Below are positions 27,096 to 36,923 of a stretch of 62,643 bases of DNA, one piece after another (positions within the stretch are counted from its first letter, which is position 1; each line of letters starts with the position of its first letter). Origin of the DNA: a virus (lineage: Duplodnaviria > Caudoviricetes); the IMG/VR virus record IMGVR_UViG_3300044691_000243, positions 1-62,643 of that record; one strand, given 5' to 3'. Made by a program: the position numbers and the translations under genes. The notes below the pieces were generated by a model. It was given only the letters and a program-made list of their open reading frames with translations. It searched no databases and was not told the origin of the DNA.

Positions 27096-27815
27096 ATGGG
27101 CTGGCATAACAGGAGAAATGATAAGCGTTCTTCGATCGGAGAGGCTCACGTTGAAAAAGCGGTGGTACAGCTCAGCAGGACCTGCGCAGCGACCGTCGCA
27201 ACGATGACGCGCTACATACCGAGCCGGGAGGAAACACTTCCCATGCTGTTCCGTGACGACGACCTTGCCAAGCTGGCAGCGGTGCGCGGGATGGTCGATC
27301 CGATGTGTAACATAGGACGATATACGATCAATCCAGGTGTTGTCCTGGACATCAAATTCACCGATGCCAAGGTGCCTACGATCGAACTTGGTCGGCTCTA
27401 CCTGCTCGCGCCCCTGGCTCTACCTCCTCGCGCCCCCCTCCTAAGTTATATTGCCGAGGTGAAGGCGATCCATGACAAGTTCGAGGAAGTGAAGGCGGTC
27501 CTGCGCTGGTTCAACCGCGAGGCCACACCAGGGGCTATCCGGTATTACTGGCCAACCGCCCTTGAGCTCTGCCCCGAGGCACCTGCATTTGCCGCTCTGC
27601 AGGAGGTGCCAACGCGCTACCACAACCCGCCAAAGATCAGTTCTTGGCTGCAACCTATCAGGGATGCAGCGGCCACGGTAGCCGGTTCGCTGCTCCTGCC
27701 GGTCGACGCACGCCCACGCATTCGTGATAAAATGTGGTTGACATTCGCGCCCACGACCGTGCATCTGGCCAACGAAGTCTTCTATACTACGGACCAGATG
27801 GTTTATTTTATTTAG
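27096..27815 (+). CDS. Hypothetical protein
   Basis: AAGGAGG RBS before MGWHNRR. Confidence 0.7.
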   Translation: MGWHNRRNDKRSSIGEAHVEKAVVQLSRTCAATVATMTRYIPSREETLPMLFRDDDLAKLAAVRGMVDPMCNIGRYTINPGVVLDIKFTDAKVPTIELGRLYLLAPLALPPRAPLLSYIAEVKAIHDKFEEVKAVLRWFNREATPGAIRYYWPTALELCPEAPAFAALQEVPTRYHNPPKISSWLQPIRDAAATVAGSLLLPVDARPRIRDKMWLTFAPTTVHLANEVFYTTDQMVYFI

Positions 27816-27821
27816 GGTGCT

Positions 27822-28259
27822 ATGCCGAGTTCTTCCTGGCTGCGAGATCATGGGATTGATCCACGACTGTACAACGCGTGGAAGAACATGCGCGCGCGTT
27901 GCTACAGCACAAATCTCAAAGAATACCCGCGTTATGGTGGTCGCGGGATTGCTGTTTGCACGCGCTGGGACAGCTACGCAAACTTCGCCGCCGACATGGG
28001 GCCGCACCCTGGCGCCGGGTGGACCCTAGACCGTAAGAAGAACGATCAAAATTACCGTCGCGGTAACTGCCGCTGGGCGACGAGACAGACGCAAGCTAGA
28101 AATCGCGGATCATACCATACGTGTACGCCGACAATAGCTGCACAGGTTCGGGGCCTTTATCAAACGGGGTTTTTCTCCCAGAGCGCAATCGGGCAGTTCT
28201 TCCACCTGACCCAGACTGACGTGTCACAAATCGTGCGGGGGGTTCGATGGGCGCCGTAA
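27822..28259 (+). CDS. HNH endonuclease (paralog of 24259..24723)
   Basis: RYGGRGIAVC.RW..YANFAADMGPHPG, TLDRKKND.NY..GNCRWAT. Confidence 0.88.
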   Translation: MPSSSWLRDHGIDPRLYNAWKNMRARCYSTNLKEYPRYGGRGIAVCTRWDSYANFAADMGPHPGAGWTLDRKKNDQNYRRGNCRWATRQTQARNRGSYHTCTPTIAAQVRGLYQTGFFSQSAIGQFFHLTQTDVSQIVRGVRWAP

Positions 28260-30196
28260 CATCCAGAAAGAAGCATCTCCTCCTCATCGATTTAGAGACC
28301 TACTGGGACAAGGACTACACGCTGAAGAAGCTATCAACTCCCGAGTACATCCTAGACCCCCGGTGGGAGTTGCAGATGGCGGCGGTGAAGGCTGACGATG
28401 GGCCACACCAGATTATCGACGGTCCCGATTTTAAAGATTGGTTGGGTCAGTATGACCCAACAATTACCACCACGGTAACTTTCAACAGCCTTTTCGACAA
28501 CAGTGCCATCGCGTGGCGCTACGGCTATGTGCCGCACACCATGCTCGACGCGATGGGCATGGCCCGGGCGCTGCTGGGCCATGCGCTCACGCACTTCTCG
28601 CTCGCTGCCCTCTCGGAGTTCTTCGGTCTCCCGCCCAAGGGGCACCTGATGACGCAGGGCATGCGCCGGACTGACATCATGGCCGCCGGGCTCTGGCCGA
28701 AGTTCTCTGAGTACGCGCTCCGCGACAATATGAACGCCGAGCAGATTTTCCTGAAGCTATATCCGCAGTTCCCGTGGTCCGAGCGGCGCATCATGGACAT
28801 GGTGCTGCGCTGCTGCGTCGTGCCCCGGTTCCACGTTGATGTCCCCATGCTGACACAGCACCTCGCGGACGTTAAGGCGGCGAAGGCGCAGATGCTGGTC
28901 GATGCTGAGAACATCGACAAGAAGATCATCATGTCAACACCCAAGTTCAAAGCGGCCCTTGAGGCGCGCGGCGTCGAAGTCGAGATGAAGCTGTCTCCGA
29001 CGACCGGCAAGGAGACGCCCTGCTTCGCCAAGACAGACGAGTTCATGGAGACGCTGCAGGATCATCCGGACCCGGTGGTGGCCGCGATGGCGGCTGCGCG
29101 CATAGGGCTCAAGAGCACGCTGGAAGAGACGCGCACCGAGAAGCTCCTCTCTATTGCTGGGCTACCCTGGCCGAGTGGCGCCCCCTGTATGCCCATCCCA
29201 CTACGCTACGGTGGCGCGCACACTCACCGGCTATCTGGCGAGTGGAAGATGAACATGCAGAACATGCCAACGGTGCGAGGCTCAAAAGGTAAAAGCAAAT
29301 TAAGACAAAGTCTCCTCGCGCCTCCCGGCCACACGGTTGTCACGTGCGACTTGTCGCAGATCGAGGCGCGGCTATCTGCGTGGATTTGCGGCTGCACGAG
29401 GCTGGTCGACGAGTTTGCCAAAAACATGGACCCGTATAGCTTGCTGGCGGCCGACATCTTCGGCATGCCGGGGCTCAACCGCAAGCTCAAAGCTCCTGAT
29501 GGGAGCCTTGTTTATCCGATCGAGGGTTTCATAGGCAAAACGGGTATTCTGGGGCTGGGCTATGGCTGCGGCAAAGACAATTTCGACACGATGGTTATAG
29601 AGTCTGCCCGCAAGGACGGGCTGGACATCTCGCAGAAGTACACCCGGGCGATCGGTGACAAAGCCGTTGACGCGTATCGCCACCGCTACCGGGAAATCCC
29701 GCGTGGCTGGCGCATCCTCGACCAGCTTATCCAGACCGCGTGGATGTCCGGCTCCGGGCAGGCGAAATTCGGCCCGTGCATGATCTCCTATGGCAACGTG
29801 CTGCTTCCGTCGGGCCTGAGCCTTCGGTACGCCGAGCCGCAATCTCGCTTCAATAAAGAGACCGGGCACGGCGAGTTTCGTTACCGCTACGGTAAATTCT
29901 GGCACAAGCTCTATGGCGCCAAGTTCCTGGAGAACATAGTCCAGGCGTTAGCGAGAATTGTCGTGATGAATGCTGCGCTCCGCATCAGAGACCGGGGGTT
30001 CCACACCGTTAACCCTACGGACTATTTTTTCAATTTGCAGGGACATGACGAACTTGTGTTCTTAGTTCAGAACGCCGAAGTTGACAGAGCGAAAGCGATA
30101 ATTTTAGAAGAGATGCGACGGCGCCCATCGTGGGCATCAGACGCGCCCATCGATGCTGAGCTCGGTCAAGGCGCCTCATACGGAGAGGCAAAATAG
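28247..30196 (+). CDS. Family A DNA polymerase (3'-5' exonuclease + polymerase)
   Basis: IDLET ExoI, FNSLFD ExoII, YALRD ExoIII, DLSQIEAR motif A, KTGILGLGYG motif B, ENIVQA, HDELV motif C. Confidence 0.95.
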   Translation: MGAVTSRKKHLLLIDLETYWDKDYTLKKLSTPEYILDPRWELQMAAVKADDGPHQIIDGPDFKDWLGQYDPTITTTVTFNSLFDNSAIAWRYGYVPHTMLDAMGMARALLGHALTHFSLAALSEFFGLPPKGHLMTQGMRRTDIMAAGLWPKFSEYALRDNMNAEQIFLKLYPQFPWSERRIMDMVLRCCVVPRFHVDVPMLTQHLADVKAAKAQMLVDAENIDKKIIMSTPKFKAALEARGVEVEMKLSPTTGKETPCFAKTDEFMETLQDHPDPVVAAMAAARIGLKSTLEETRTEKLLSIAGLPWPSGAPCMPIPLRYGGAHTHRLSGEWKMNMQNMPTVRGSKGKSKLRQSLLAPPGHTVVTCDLSQIEARLSAWICGCTRLVDEFAKNMDPYSLLAADIFGMPGLNRKLKAPDGSLVYPIEGFIGKTGILGLGYGCGKDNFDTMVIESARKDGLDISQKYTRAIGDKAVDAYRHRYREIPRGWRILDQLIQTAWMSGSGQAKFGPCMISYGNVLLPSGLSLRYAEPQSRFNKETGHGEFRYRYGKFWHKLYGAKFLENIVQALARIVVMNAALRIRDRGFHTVNPTDYFFNLQGHDELVFLVQNAEVDRAKAIILEEMRRRPSWASDAPIDAELGQGASYGEAK

Positions 30197-30630
30197 TGAT
30201 GTCGTCTGCGCCAAAAAAGATATATTTAGCTGGCCCAATGCAAAATATCCCACACTTCAATTTCCCCCGTTTCAATGCCGTCGCCAAAGCCCTCCGCGCA
30301 AACGGCCATGAAGTTTTCAACCCAGCCGAGAAAGATATCGAGCGCCACGGCGGTACGGACATCTCCGCCGGCAACGCGACCGGCTCCCTGGACAAGTCCA
30401 AGTCCGAGCACAAGTTCAGCTTGCGGCAGGCCCTCAAGGAAGACACGGCATACATCTGCGACCACGCCGATTGCATCTGGCTTCTGCCGGGCTGGGAGAA
30501 GTCCAACGGTGCACAGGCCGAACACCGGCTTGCCGTGGCCCTCTTGTCCGAGGGTATGGAGATCGTCTACGTGGCCGACGAGCTGTGCAGGGTGATCGAG
30601 AGTGTCGTGGAGAAGTCCAATGCGTCGTGA
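30196..30630 (+). CDS. DUF4406 / nucleoside 2-deoxyribosyltransferase-like protein
   Basis: IYLAGPM..NFPRF..VFNPAE..LLPGWEKSNGAQAE. Confidence 0.85.
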   Translation: MMSSAPKKIYLAGPMQNIPHFNFPRFNAVAKALRANGHEVFNPAEKDIERHGGTDISAGNATGSLDKSKSEHKFSLRQALKEDTAYICDHADCIWLLPGWEKSNGAQAEHRLAVALLSEGMEIVYVADELCRVIESVVEKSNAS

Positions 30631-31084
30631 TACACCCAGAACGCGTGCGCGATCTTTATCATCCGCCGCCGCTCCGCCCGCCACCGCGTTCGCGGATTTT
30701 CGCGACACGATCATCCGCCCGACCGCCGACGAAACCGATGCCGTGGCACGGTCGCGCCTTCTAGAGGCGTCCTCCGCGAAGCGCAAGATGTACCCGATCA
30801 CGACGGGCTTCCTAGACTACTTCCCCGACGCGATCGCCGAGGCGGCCATGGTCAGCTTTCTCGGCAACGAAAAGCACAACCCCGGCCAACCGCTGCACTG
30901 GGCACGCGGCAAGTCCATGGACCACGCCGACTGCATGGCGCGACATCTGATCGAGCGGGGTGGGTTCGACGGCGAGCTGCGCCATAGCGCGGCGCTGTTC
31001 TGGCGTGCCGGCGCCCATCTTCAAGAAGAGCTCGAAGCGGCATACGGGCTCGCCCCGCCGCGCGGCGCCAAAGACGCTTCATAA
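30620..31084 (+). CDS. dATP/dGTP diphosphohydrolase-like (DUF5664-type) protein
   Basis: YFPDAIAE..VS..GNEKHNPGQPLHW.RGKS.DH.DC..RHL...H.A...W. Confidence 0.7.
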   Translation: MRRDTPRTRARSLSSAAAPPATAFADFRDTIIRPTADETDAVARSRLLEASSAKRKMYPITTGFLDYFPDAIAEAAMVSFLGNEKHNPGQPLHWARGKSMDHADCMARHLIERGGFDGELRHSAALFWRAGAHLQEELEAAYGLAPPRGAKDAS

Positions 31085-31172
31085 TTACCGCCACGGTAAC
31101 AAACGGGTTTAGCTTTGAGCACTCCGGCCAGGGACGAGCGACGAGAACAGGAATTGGAGCGCAGGTCGAAAA

Positions 31173-31541
31173 ATGAACTACCTCACCGTGTCCGACGTCG
31201 AGCGCCTCGCCAAGGCTGGCGTCAAGATCGAGTTCAACGACGTGCGAGATCAGGTCACCCAAGACCCAAACCCGCCGATCCGGGTGATGATGCCCGAGCC
31301 GTCAGAGAGGCCCACCACGCTGGACGAGGCGTTCTGGCAGCGCTGGCACCGAGCGCATATTTCAAATGCCTACAGTTATGCGCTGCCATTCCAAATTCAC
31401 GCCACCGAGTTCAAAGACAAAGTCTACGTGTTCGTGGCGCCAACCACCGCTGAGCCGTTTGTCTTGACCGACGAGGCACCATTATATCCCTCCGACAAGC
31501 TCATGGCTGAGCTGGCGTTGTGGGAGAGTACCAACAAATGA
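31173..31541 (+). CDS. Hypothetical protein
   Basis: 122 aa; ATGA overlap with next gene. Confidence 0.65.
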   Translation: MNYLTVSDVERLAKAGVKIEFNDVRDQVTQDPNPPIRVMMPEPSERPTTLDEAFWQRWHRAHISNAYSYALPFQIHATEFKDKVYVFVAPTTAEPFVLTDEAPLYPSDKLMAELALWESTNK

Positions 31542-32242
31542 AGATCGAAGGTCACCCTAAAGCAGCGCCGCGCCAGAAGGCTTGGGCCTGGAGTTACTCC
31601 AAGCTGAAGAACTTCGAGGTGTGCCCGAAAAAGCACTACGAAGTGGACTTAGCTAAGACCTATGCCGAGGAGGAGAAGCCGGACGGCCCCCTTGCGTGGG
31701 GAAACCGGGTGCATGACGCGTTGGCAAAGGCTCTCAAGGGCGAGGCCGAGCTACCAGCGGAGATGCAGCATTACGCGGCATGGGTAGACCGGGTGAAGAG
31801 CGGTGCCGGCAAACTATATGTGGAGCAGAAATATGCGATCAACCGGCAATTCCAGAAGACGGCGTATTTCGCCGATGATGTGTGGTATCGTGGTGTTGGT
31901 GATGTGGTACGCGTGGATGGTGACCTAGCGCTCGTGCTCGACTGGAAGACCGGGAAAATCCTGGAGGACAGCGTTCAGCTGATGCTGATGGCGCAGTGTC
32001 TCTTCAGCCACTATCCCGAGCTCAAGTATGTGCGCAGCGAGTTCGTCTGGCTCAAGGACGACTGCAGCACGCCCGAGCTCTTCACGCGCAAAGAGGTTGG
32101 CGACCAGTGGATCGGGCTCTTGGATCGCGTCAACGCGCTGGAGCACGCTGCCAAGACGATGACTTATCCTCCGAAGCCCGGCCGCCTCTGCAGGAGTTAC
32201 TGCCCTGTTGAAAGTTGCCCGTTCCACAAGAAGGGTGCGTGA
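31538..32242 (+). CDS. PD-(D/E)XK exonuclease (Cas4-like, Cys cluster)
   Basis: WSYSKLK.FE.CP, GNRVH, VLDWKTGK, QL, C-terminal CRSYCPVESC. Confidence 0.88.
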   Translation: MKIEGHPKAAPRQKAWAWSYSKLKNFEVCPKKHYEVDLAKTYAEEEKPDGPLAWGNRVHDALAKALKGEAELPAEMQHYAAWVDRVKSGAGKLYVEQKYAINRQFQKTAYFADDVWYRGVGDVVRVDGDLALVLDWKTGKILEDSVQLMLMAQCLFSHYPELKYVRSEFVWLKDDCSTPELFTRKEVGDQWIGLLDRVNALEHAAKTMTYPPKPGRLCRSYCPVESCPFHKKGA

Positions 32243-32454
32243 TGACAGTTCGCCAACCAACCAAGAACGAGGTTGCATCTACTACTAGCCGGGTCACCAA
32301 CCATCTCCGGTTCAAGTCAACCGCTGAGCGCGTTGCTGATATCGGGGAGCGTGAGCGCTCTGCCCGACGCGGCAAGGTAAAACCCGTCGACGACCCTAGC
32401 CCGTGGATCGGACAGTCACATGTCAGCAAATTGGTTTCAGGAGCGCTATCGTAA
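32242..32454 (+). CDS. Hypothetical protein
   Basis: TGATG coupling. Confidence 0.4.
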   Translation: MTVRQPTKNEVASTTSRVTNHLRFKSTAERVADIGERERSARRGKVKPVDDPSPWIGQSHVSKLVSGALS

Positions 32455-32647
32455 CGACATCGCCGGCCCGTGGCTGATGACGCCGCTTTATCATCCGCGC
32501 CGCTGGGCCGGATACTCGATGCGGCGCTGGCGGTGGGACAGCATATCTTACGGCGGTTCGTATGACGGCCTGTGGGAGTACGCCACCCACGAAAAATGTG
32601 CGAAATTATTTTTGGAGGAGACATATGGCAGACAAACGGGTTTTTGA
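32420..32647 (+). CDS. Trp-rich hypothetical protein
   Basis: 75 aa ORF in operon. Confidence 0.4.
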   Translation: MSANWFQERYRNDIAGPWLMTPLYHPRRWAGYSMRRWRWDSISYGGSYDGLWEYATHEKCAKLFLEETYGRQTGF

Positions 32648-32716
32648 GTTCACGATCAACTTCTGGTACGTCGCCTATTGGCTTGGCGTGCTGGTAATCT
32701 ATCTGGCGGTTTTCCG

Positions 32717-33004
32717 ATGACGACGCTTGAGGAAGCCCTCACGGAAGCTGCCGGGCGGGGCCTCACGCACCTCACGCTCTACCCGACGTGGAGCAACGAC
32801 GGCAAGACCATTTACTGGAACGCTCGCGCGACGCCCTCTACAGGGCATCACTATGTCAGTGCCGCGCATAACGATCCGGTGGAGGCTATGCGCGTCGCGC
32901 TCACTGACCTGCCGCGCGCCAAAAAGCGAGTTACTGCCACGGTAACTGAGCCGCAGATGGAGAAAGAACCAGCGATGTCGCTCGATCCGGAGGAAGACCT
33001 ATGA
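32717..33004 (+). CDS. Hypothetical protein
   Basis: MTTLEEAL start; ATGA overlap with next gene. Confidence 0.6.
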   Translation: MTTLEEALTEAAGRGLTHLTLYPTWSNDGKTIYWNARATPSTGHHYVSAAHNDPVEAMRVALTDLPRAKKRVTATVTEPQMEKEPAMSLDPEEDL

Positions 33005-33510
33005 CACCCGAGGGCCGCGTTAAGGCAAAAGTCAAGAAGGCGCTGGACACGCTGGGCGCAGACTGCTGGCGTTTTATGCCGGTGCAGACTGGCTTCGGCT
33101 CGCCGGCCCTCGACTATCTTCTCTCTATACGTGGCCGGTTTGTCGCTATCGAAACCAAGGCGCCGGGGAGGAAGCTCACACCCCTCCAGGAGGGGACTAA
33201 AGCCGCAATCGAAGCAGCTGGAGGTATTGTCCTGATCGTCTGGGACGAGACGTCACTTGAGATTGCAATGAAGATTATTTTCGCACTGGAGTTCGCACCT
33301 AATGCCCCCACTAACAAGTTCCAAAGTGTCGCCGAGTGCGTCACACTCGCCGGTGAAGGATACACCGGCCGCCTCGAAGTCCAGCGTATTGATAAGCCGA
33401 AAGATCAAGGGGCGCGCGAACAACACTTGTGCTCCATCTACCACAGCGCAGCGGCTCACGCGGCAGCTCGCTGGCATCATGGCGCACCTTCAAAATCACC
33501 CAAACGATAA
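33001..33510 (+). CDS. VRR-NUC nuclease (Holliday junction resolvase-like)
   Basis: MTPEGRVK, G.PALD, FVAIETKAPG..LTPLQ, AAGG. Confidence 0.85.
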   Translation: MTPEGRVKAKVKKALDTLGADCWRFMPVQTGFGSPALDYLLSIRGRFVAIETKAPGRKLTPLQEGTKAAIEAAGGIVLIVWDETSLEIAMKIIFALEFAPNAPTNKFQSVAECVTLAGEGYTGRLEVQRIDKPKDQGAREQHLCSIYHSAAAHAAARWHHGAPSKSPKR

Positions 33511-33559
33511 GCTCTCGCAGATGCGAGTGTCGAAGATCAACGAATTACTGCGGCGGTAA
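33302..33559 (+). CDS. Hypothetical protein overlapping VRR-NUC 3' end
   Basis: 85 aa; stop coincides with a palindrome copy. Confidence 0.4.
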   Translation: MPPLTSSKVSPSASHSPVKDTPAASKSSVLISRKIKGRANNTCAPSTTAQRLTRQLAGIMAHLQNHPNDKLSQMRVSKINELLRR

Positions 33560-33703
33560 CAAATGCGCCTGAAACATTTTCCGCACATCAGGGCGCGACG
33601 CGGGGACCCGAAGGGGTATACCCGCTGGTTCTTGCCCGCGCTGTGACATGATGCTGGAGCGTGTCGGAGCTACCCCGCTCAAGACAAACAGAAAGCATAC
33701 GAC

Positions 33704-35251
33704 GTGAACTGTATTATATCGCGTGCGAATAAGGCCCTCCTGGTCCCCACGACTGGGCAGACCACGAATATGTTCCCGGAGGCGCCCCCGCTGGATGACT
33801 GGCTAGTCGTGCCGCACGATCTGCCGCGCACCATCATGTTGCGCTCAATGGGGTATGAAGTACCCAATCCGATGCTCTGCTATTACGACTGGCCCGGCGG
33901 GAAGCCTTTTGCTGTGCAGCGCAGGACCTGCGATCTCATGACTACGGCGGCGCGCTGCTATGTGCTCAACTCCATGGGCACCGGCAAGACGAAGGCGACG
34001 CTCTGGGCATGGGATTACCTGCACAGCCATGGCTATGCAGGAAAACTTCTGGTCGTTGCGACGCTCTCGACGCTACGATTTGTTTGGCAGGCCGAGGCCT
34101 TCGCGACCCTCCCACATCGAAAGGTAGCAATCCTCCATGGTACGAAAAAGCAACGCCTCGAACGCCTCGCGGAAGACGCGGACATCTACGTTATCAACCA
34201 CGACGGGCTCCGCACAATACAAGCCGAGCTTTTGTTACGAACTGACATTGACGTTCTCTGCCTCGACGAAGTTGCAGTGTACCGAAATAACTCGGATCGC
34301 TCAAAAGACATGCGAAAATTTGGTGTGAGATTTAAAATCGTATGGGGGCTTACAGGACGCCCTATGCCTAACGAACCGACAGACGTTTGGGGTATCAGCA
34401 AAGTCGTCACACCGGGAACCTCGCCGAAATACTTCCGTCAGGCACAAGAAATGCTGATGACGAAGATCAACAATTTTAAGTGGATACCGCGGCCAGAGGC
34501 GATAGACCGAGCCATCGCGATGCTCCAGCCGAACGTGAGGTTTGATCTCGACGCTGTCGTGGAGCTGCCCGAGGTGATACACCGCACGATCGACGTGCCG
34601 CTCACGCCTCTCCAGGCCAGCGTCTATAAAAAGCTCGCAAGCGAGTTCAAGGCAGATATCGATAGAGCCCAGGTCACTGCAGTGAACGCCGCGGTCGCCA
34701 TGGGCAAGCTGCTACAAGTGAGCGGTGGCTGGGTCTACGCCAACCCCGTCGGCGCCATCAACGTGTTCAAGGTCGACGAGCCGATGCCACGACATCAGAT
34801 GCTGATCGACCTGATCAACGAGAACGAGCGCAAGGTGATCGTTTACGTCCCATTCAGGCACGCGATCGAAGGGCTATCGCCACTTCTCACCGCGGCCGGT
34901 ATCGAACACGCCGTCGTACACGGAGATGTGACCGGCCGTGGAGAGCTATTTAACCAGTTCCAATTCACCGACAAGTACAAGGTCCTCTTAGCTCACCCTC
35001 AGTGTGTGGCCCACGGGCTCACGCTGACCGCCGCCGATACCGTGATCTGGTACATGCCGATCACGTCGCTGGATATTTTCGAGCAGGCCAACGCGCGCAT
35101 CACTCGCGTCGGGCAGAAGCACAAACAAAAAATCCTGATGTTGCAATCAACAAATGTTGAGAAGAAGATTTATGGCTTGCTGCAGCGGAAGCAAAAAGTG
35201 CAAGACACGCTTCTTGAAATGCTCGCCGACGCTACTGAGAAAGCAGCCTAA
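33704..35251 (+). CDS. SNF2-family (SF2) helicase
   Basis: MGTGKT, CLDEV, LTGRP, HGLTLT, QANARITRVGQ. Confidence 0.92.
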   Translation: MNCIISRANKALLVPTTGQTTNMFPEAPPLDDWLVVPHDLPRTIMLRSMGYEVPNPMLCYYDWPGGKPFAVQRRTCDLMTTAARCYVLNSMGTGKTKATLWAWDYLHSHGYAGKLLVVATLSTLRFVWQAEAFATLPHRKVAILHGTKKQRLERLAEDADIYVINHDGLRTIQAELLLRTDIDVLCLDEVAVYRNNSDRSKDMRKFGVRFKIVWGLTGRPMPNEPTDVWGISKVVTPGTSPKYFRQAQEMLMTKINNFKWIPRPEAIDRAIAMLQPNVRFDLDAVVELPEVIHRTIDVPLTPLQASVYKKLASEFKADIDRAQVTAVNAAVAMGKLLQVSGGWVYANPVGAINVFKVDEPMPRHQMLIDLINENERKVIVYVPFRHAIEGLSPLLTAAGIEHAVVHGDVTGRGELFNQFQFTDKYKVLLAHPQCVAHGLTLTAADTVIWYMPITSLDIFEQANARITRVGQKHKQKILMLQSTNVEKKIYGLLQRKQKVQDTLLEMLADATEKAA

Positions 35252-35294
35252 TGCCCGATGGGGCCACTCTATATAACCAACAGGAGGTACCCTC

Positions 35295-35726
35295 ATGTCT
35301 GAAACTCTGCCGGCAGAGACCCCGGCAACGACCCCAAGCACTGTCGAAAAGCGCGTCAAGCAGTATATCGAAATCCGTGACGCACTCAAAGAAATGGACG
35401 CAAAACACGACGAGGCGAGGAAGCCGCTAGTGGAGCTTCAGAACCTGTTAACTGGTTGGATGCAGAACTTCCTGGAGCAGGCCGGCGCAGATAGCGTCAA
35501 AACCCCAGAAGGCACGTGTTACTCAACCACCCGGTTCACTGCCTCCCTCGCGGACCCCGAAGCATTCATGTCTTTTGTAAAGACCACAAACAACTACGAT
35601 CTTCTCGACCGCAAGGCCAACGTGACCGCGTGCCGTGATTTTGCGGCAGAAAATGGCACGCTTCCGCCCGGTGTCAACATGAGTGCAATCCGGACTGTGG
35701 GTGTGAGACGGGCGACTGGCAAATGA
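35295..35726 (+). CDS. Conserved phage replication-region protein
   Basis: AGGAGG RBS; coiled coil then DSVKT..GT.Y motif typical of genes beside SNF2/SSB. Confidence 0.75.
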   Translation: MSETLPAETPATTPSTVEKRVKQYIEIRDALKEMDAKHDEARKPLVELQNLLTGWMQNFLEQAGADSVKTPEGTCYSTTRFTASLADPEAFMSFVKTTNNYDLLDRKANVTACRDFAAENGTLPPGVNMSAIRTVGVRRATGK

Positions 35727-35792
35727 CACGACGACCACAATCAGCCGACTTACCGCGGCGGTAATTTATCTGTCCCAACATGGAGTTTCACT

Positions 35793-36920
35793 ATGAGTTC
35801 CGACTTGATGAATATTTCTCAGTTCAAAGGTATCACCCCCGCGGCTGCGTTCGCTGCGCTGGACCCCCACGCTGAAAGTTTGGCCGATGGTATCGGCTCT
35901 AGTTACGGCATCGTCGGCTACAAAGGCAAAGTCTGGTCTCTTCGCTTAAGAGGAGAGACCTACATGTTCGTGCGGCCCGACGATGGCTCGCCGGCCGCGT
36001 TCCTCGACGTGATTGTCCTACGCCAACTGCCGAACAAGTCGAAGAGCTACTACCCCAAAGACACCTATCAGGACGGCCAGATCGGCACGCGACCTGTCTG
36101 TTCGGCGCTCGACGGCGTGACGCCAGATGCCGACATCGCCACGCCGCAGAGCAACGCCTGCGCCGTGTGCCCGCGCAACGTGTTCAAGATAAATCCTGAA
36201 GGGCGTAAAACGCGCGAGTGCAGCGACTACAAGCGGCTCGCGGTGCTGATACTCCCTAGTTTAACGAAGGCGTTGCTTGGTGCGGCGCTCATGGAGCCGG
36301 TGTTCCTGCGCGTGCCGGCGGCGTCGCTGAATGATCTCGCCCTGCTCGGCGAGGGCATGTCGGCCCAGGGCTTCCACTATTCGAGCTACATCACCCGGAT
36401 CGGGTTCAACCCTGAAAAACCCCATCCTCAGATGACTTTCCGGGCGCTACAGGCTTTGACCGACAAAGAGGCGCCGACAGTGCTCCCGCTACGGGAAGAC
36501 CCGACGGCGATGCGGATCACGGGTGAGAACGAAGTCGGCAAGCTCGCGAAGACGCTCGCGCAACAGGGTGACCACGACGCTGCCGCTATCGTAGCTGCCG
36601 CAAACTTGAGGGAAGCCAAGGCAGCGGAAGCAGCGAAGGCAGCGGCAGGGGAAGCGGCCAAGGCAGCTGAAGCTGCCCGAGTAGCGGCAGAAGCCGCCGC
36701 CAAGACCGCCACCGCGCCCGTAGATACCGGGTTTGGCGACGTTGGCTCGCCGGCCTCTCCGCCTATCCAGCCCCTCCAGACTGGCACAGCTACCGGGTTT
36801 GATGTTAGCGGGGCGGGTGACGCCCCGGTCACCACCATGAACACCGTCTCTGACACAGGAGCTCCTGAAGATGCCGATGCAGACCTAGACGCCCGGATCG
36901 CGGCACTACTGCCGAAATGA
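35793..36920 (+). CDS. Putative ssDNA-binding/annealing protein
   Basis: CS.LDG..PD, CAVCPRN, EC...KRLAV, LRVPAASL; EAAK linker and acidic tail. Confidence 0.6.
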   Translation: MSSDLMNISQFKGITPAAAFAALDPHAESLADGIGSSYGIVGYKGKVWSLRLRGETYMFVRPDDGSPAAFLDVIVLRQLPNKSKSYYPKDTYQDGQIGTRPVCSALDGVTPDADIATPQSNACAVCPRNVFKINPEGRKTRECSDYKRLAVLILPSLTKALLGAALMEPVFLRVPAASLNDLALLGEGMSAQGFHYSSYITRIGFNPEKPHPQMTFRALQALTDKEAPTVLPLREDPTAMRITGENEVGKLAKTLAQQGDHDAAAIVAAANLREAKAAEAAKAAAGEAAKAAEAARVAAEAAAKTATAPVDTGFGDVGSPASPPIQPLQTGTATGFDVSGAGDAPVTTMNTVSDTGAPEDADADLDARIAALLPK

Positions 36921-36923
36921 TCC

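Larger units (their letters stand above)
17548..32375. repeat. Dispersed motif TGCCCGACG(C/T/G)GGCA
   Basis: 17548 (-), 17925 (-), 18772, 21743, 23055, 32361. Confidence 0.8.

Noticed and set aside
28247-31084. Z-genome (2-aminoadenine) pathway
   Set aside because: No PurZ-like gene recognised in the window
31538-32242. Cas4 of a CRISPR system
   Set aside because: No other cas genes or array; typical stand-alone phage exonuclease in a replication module
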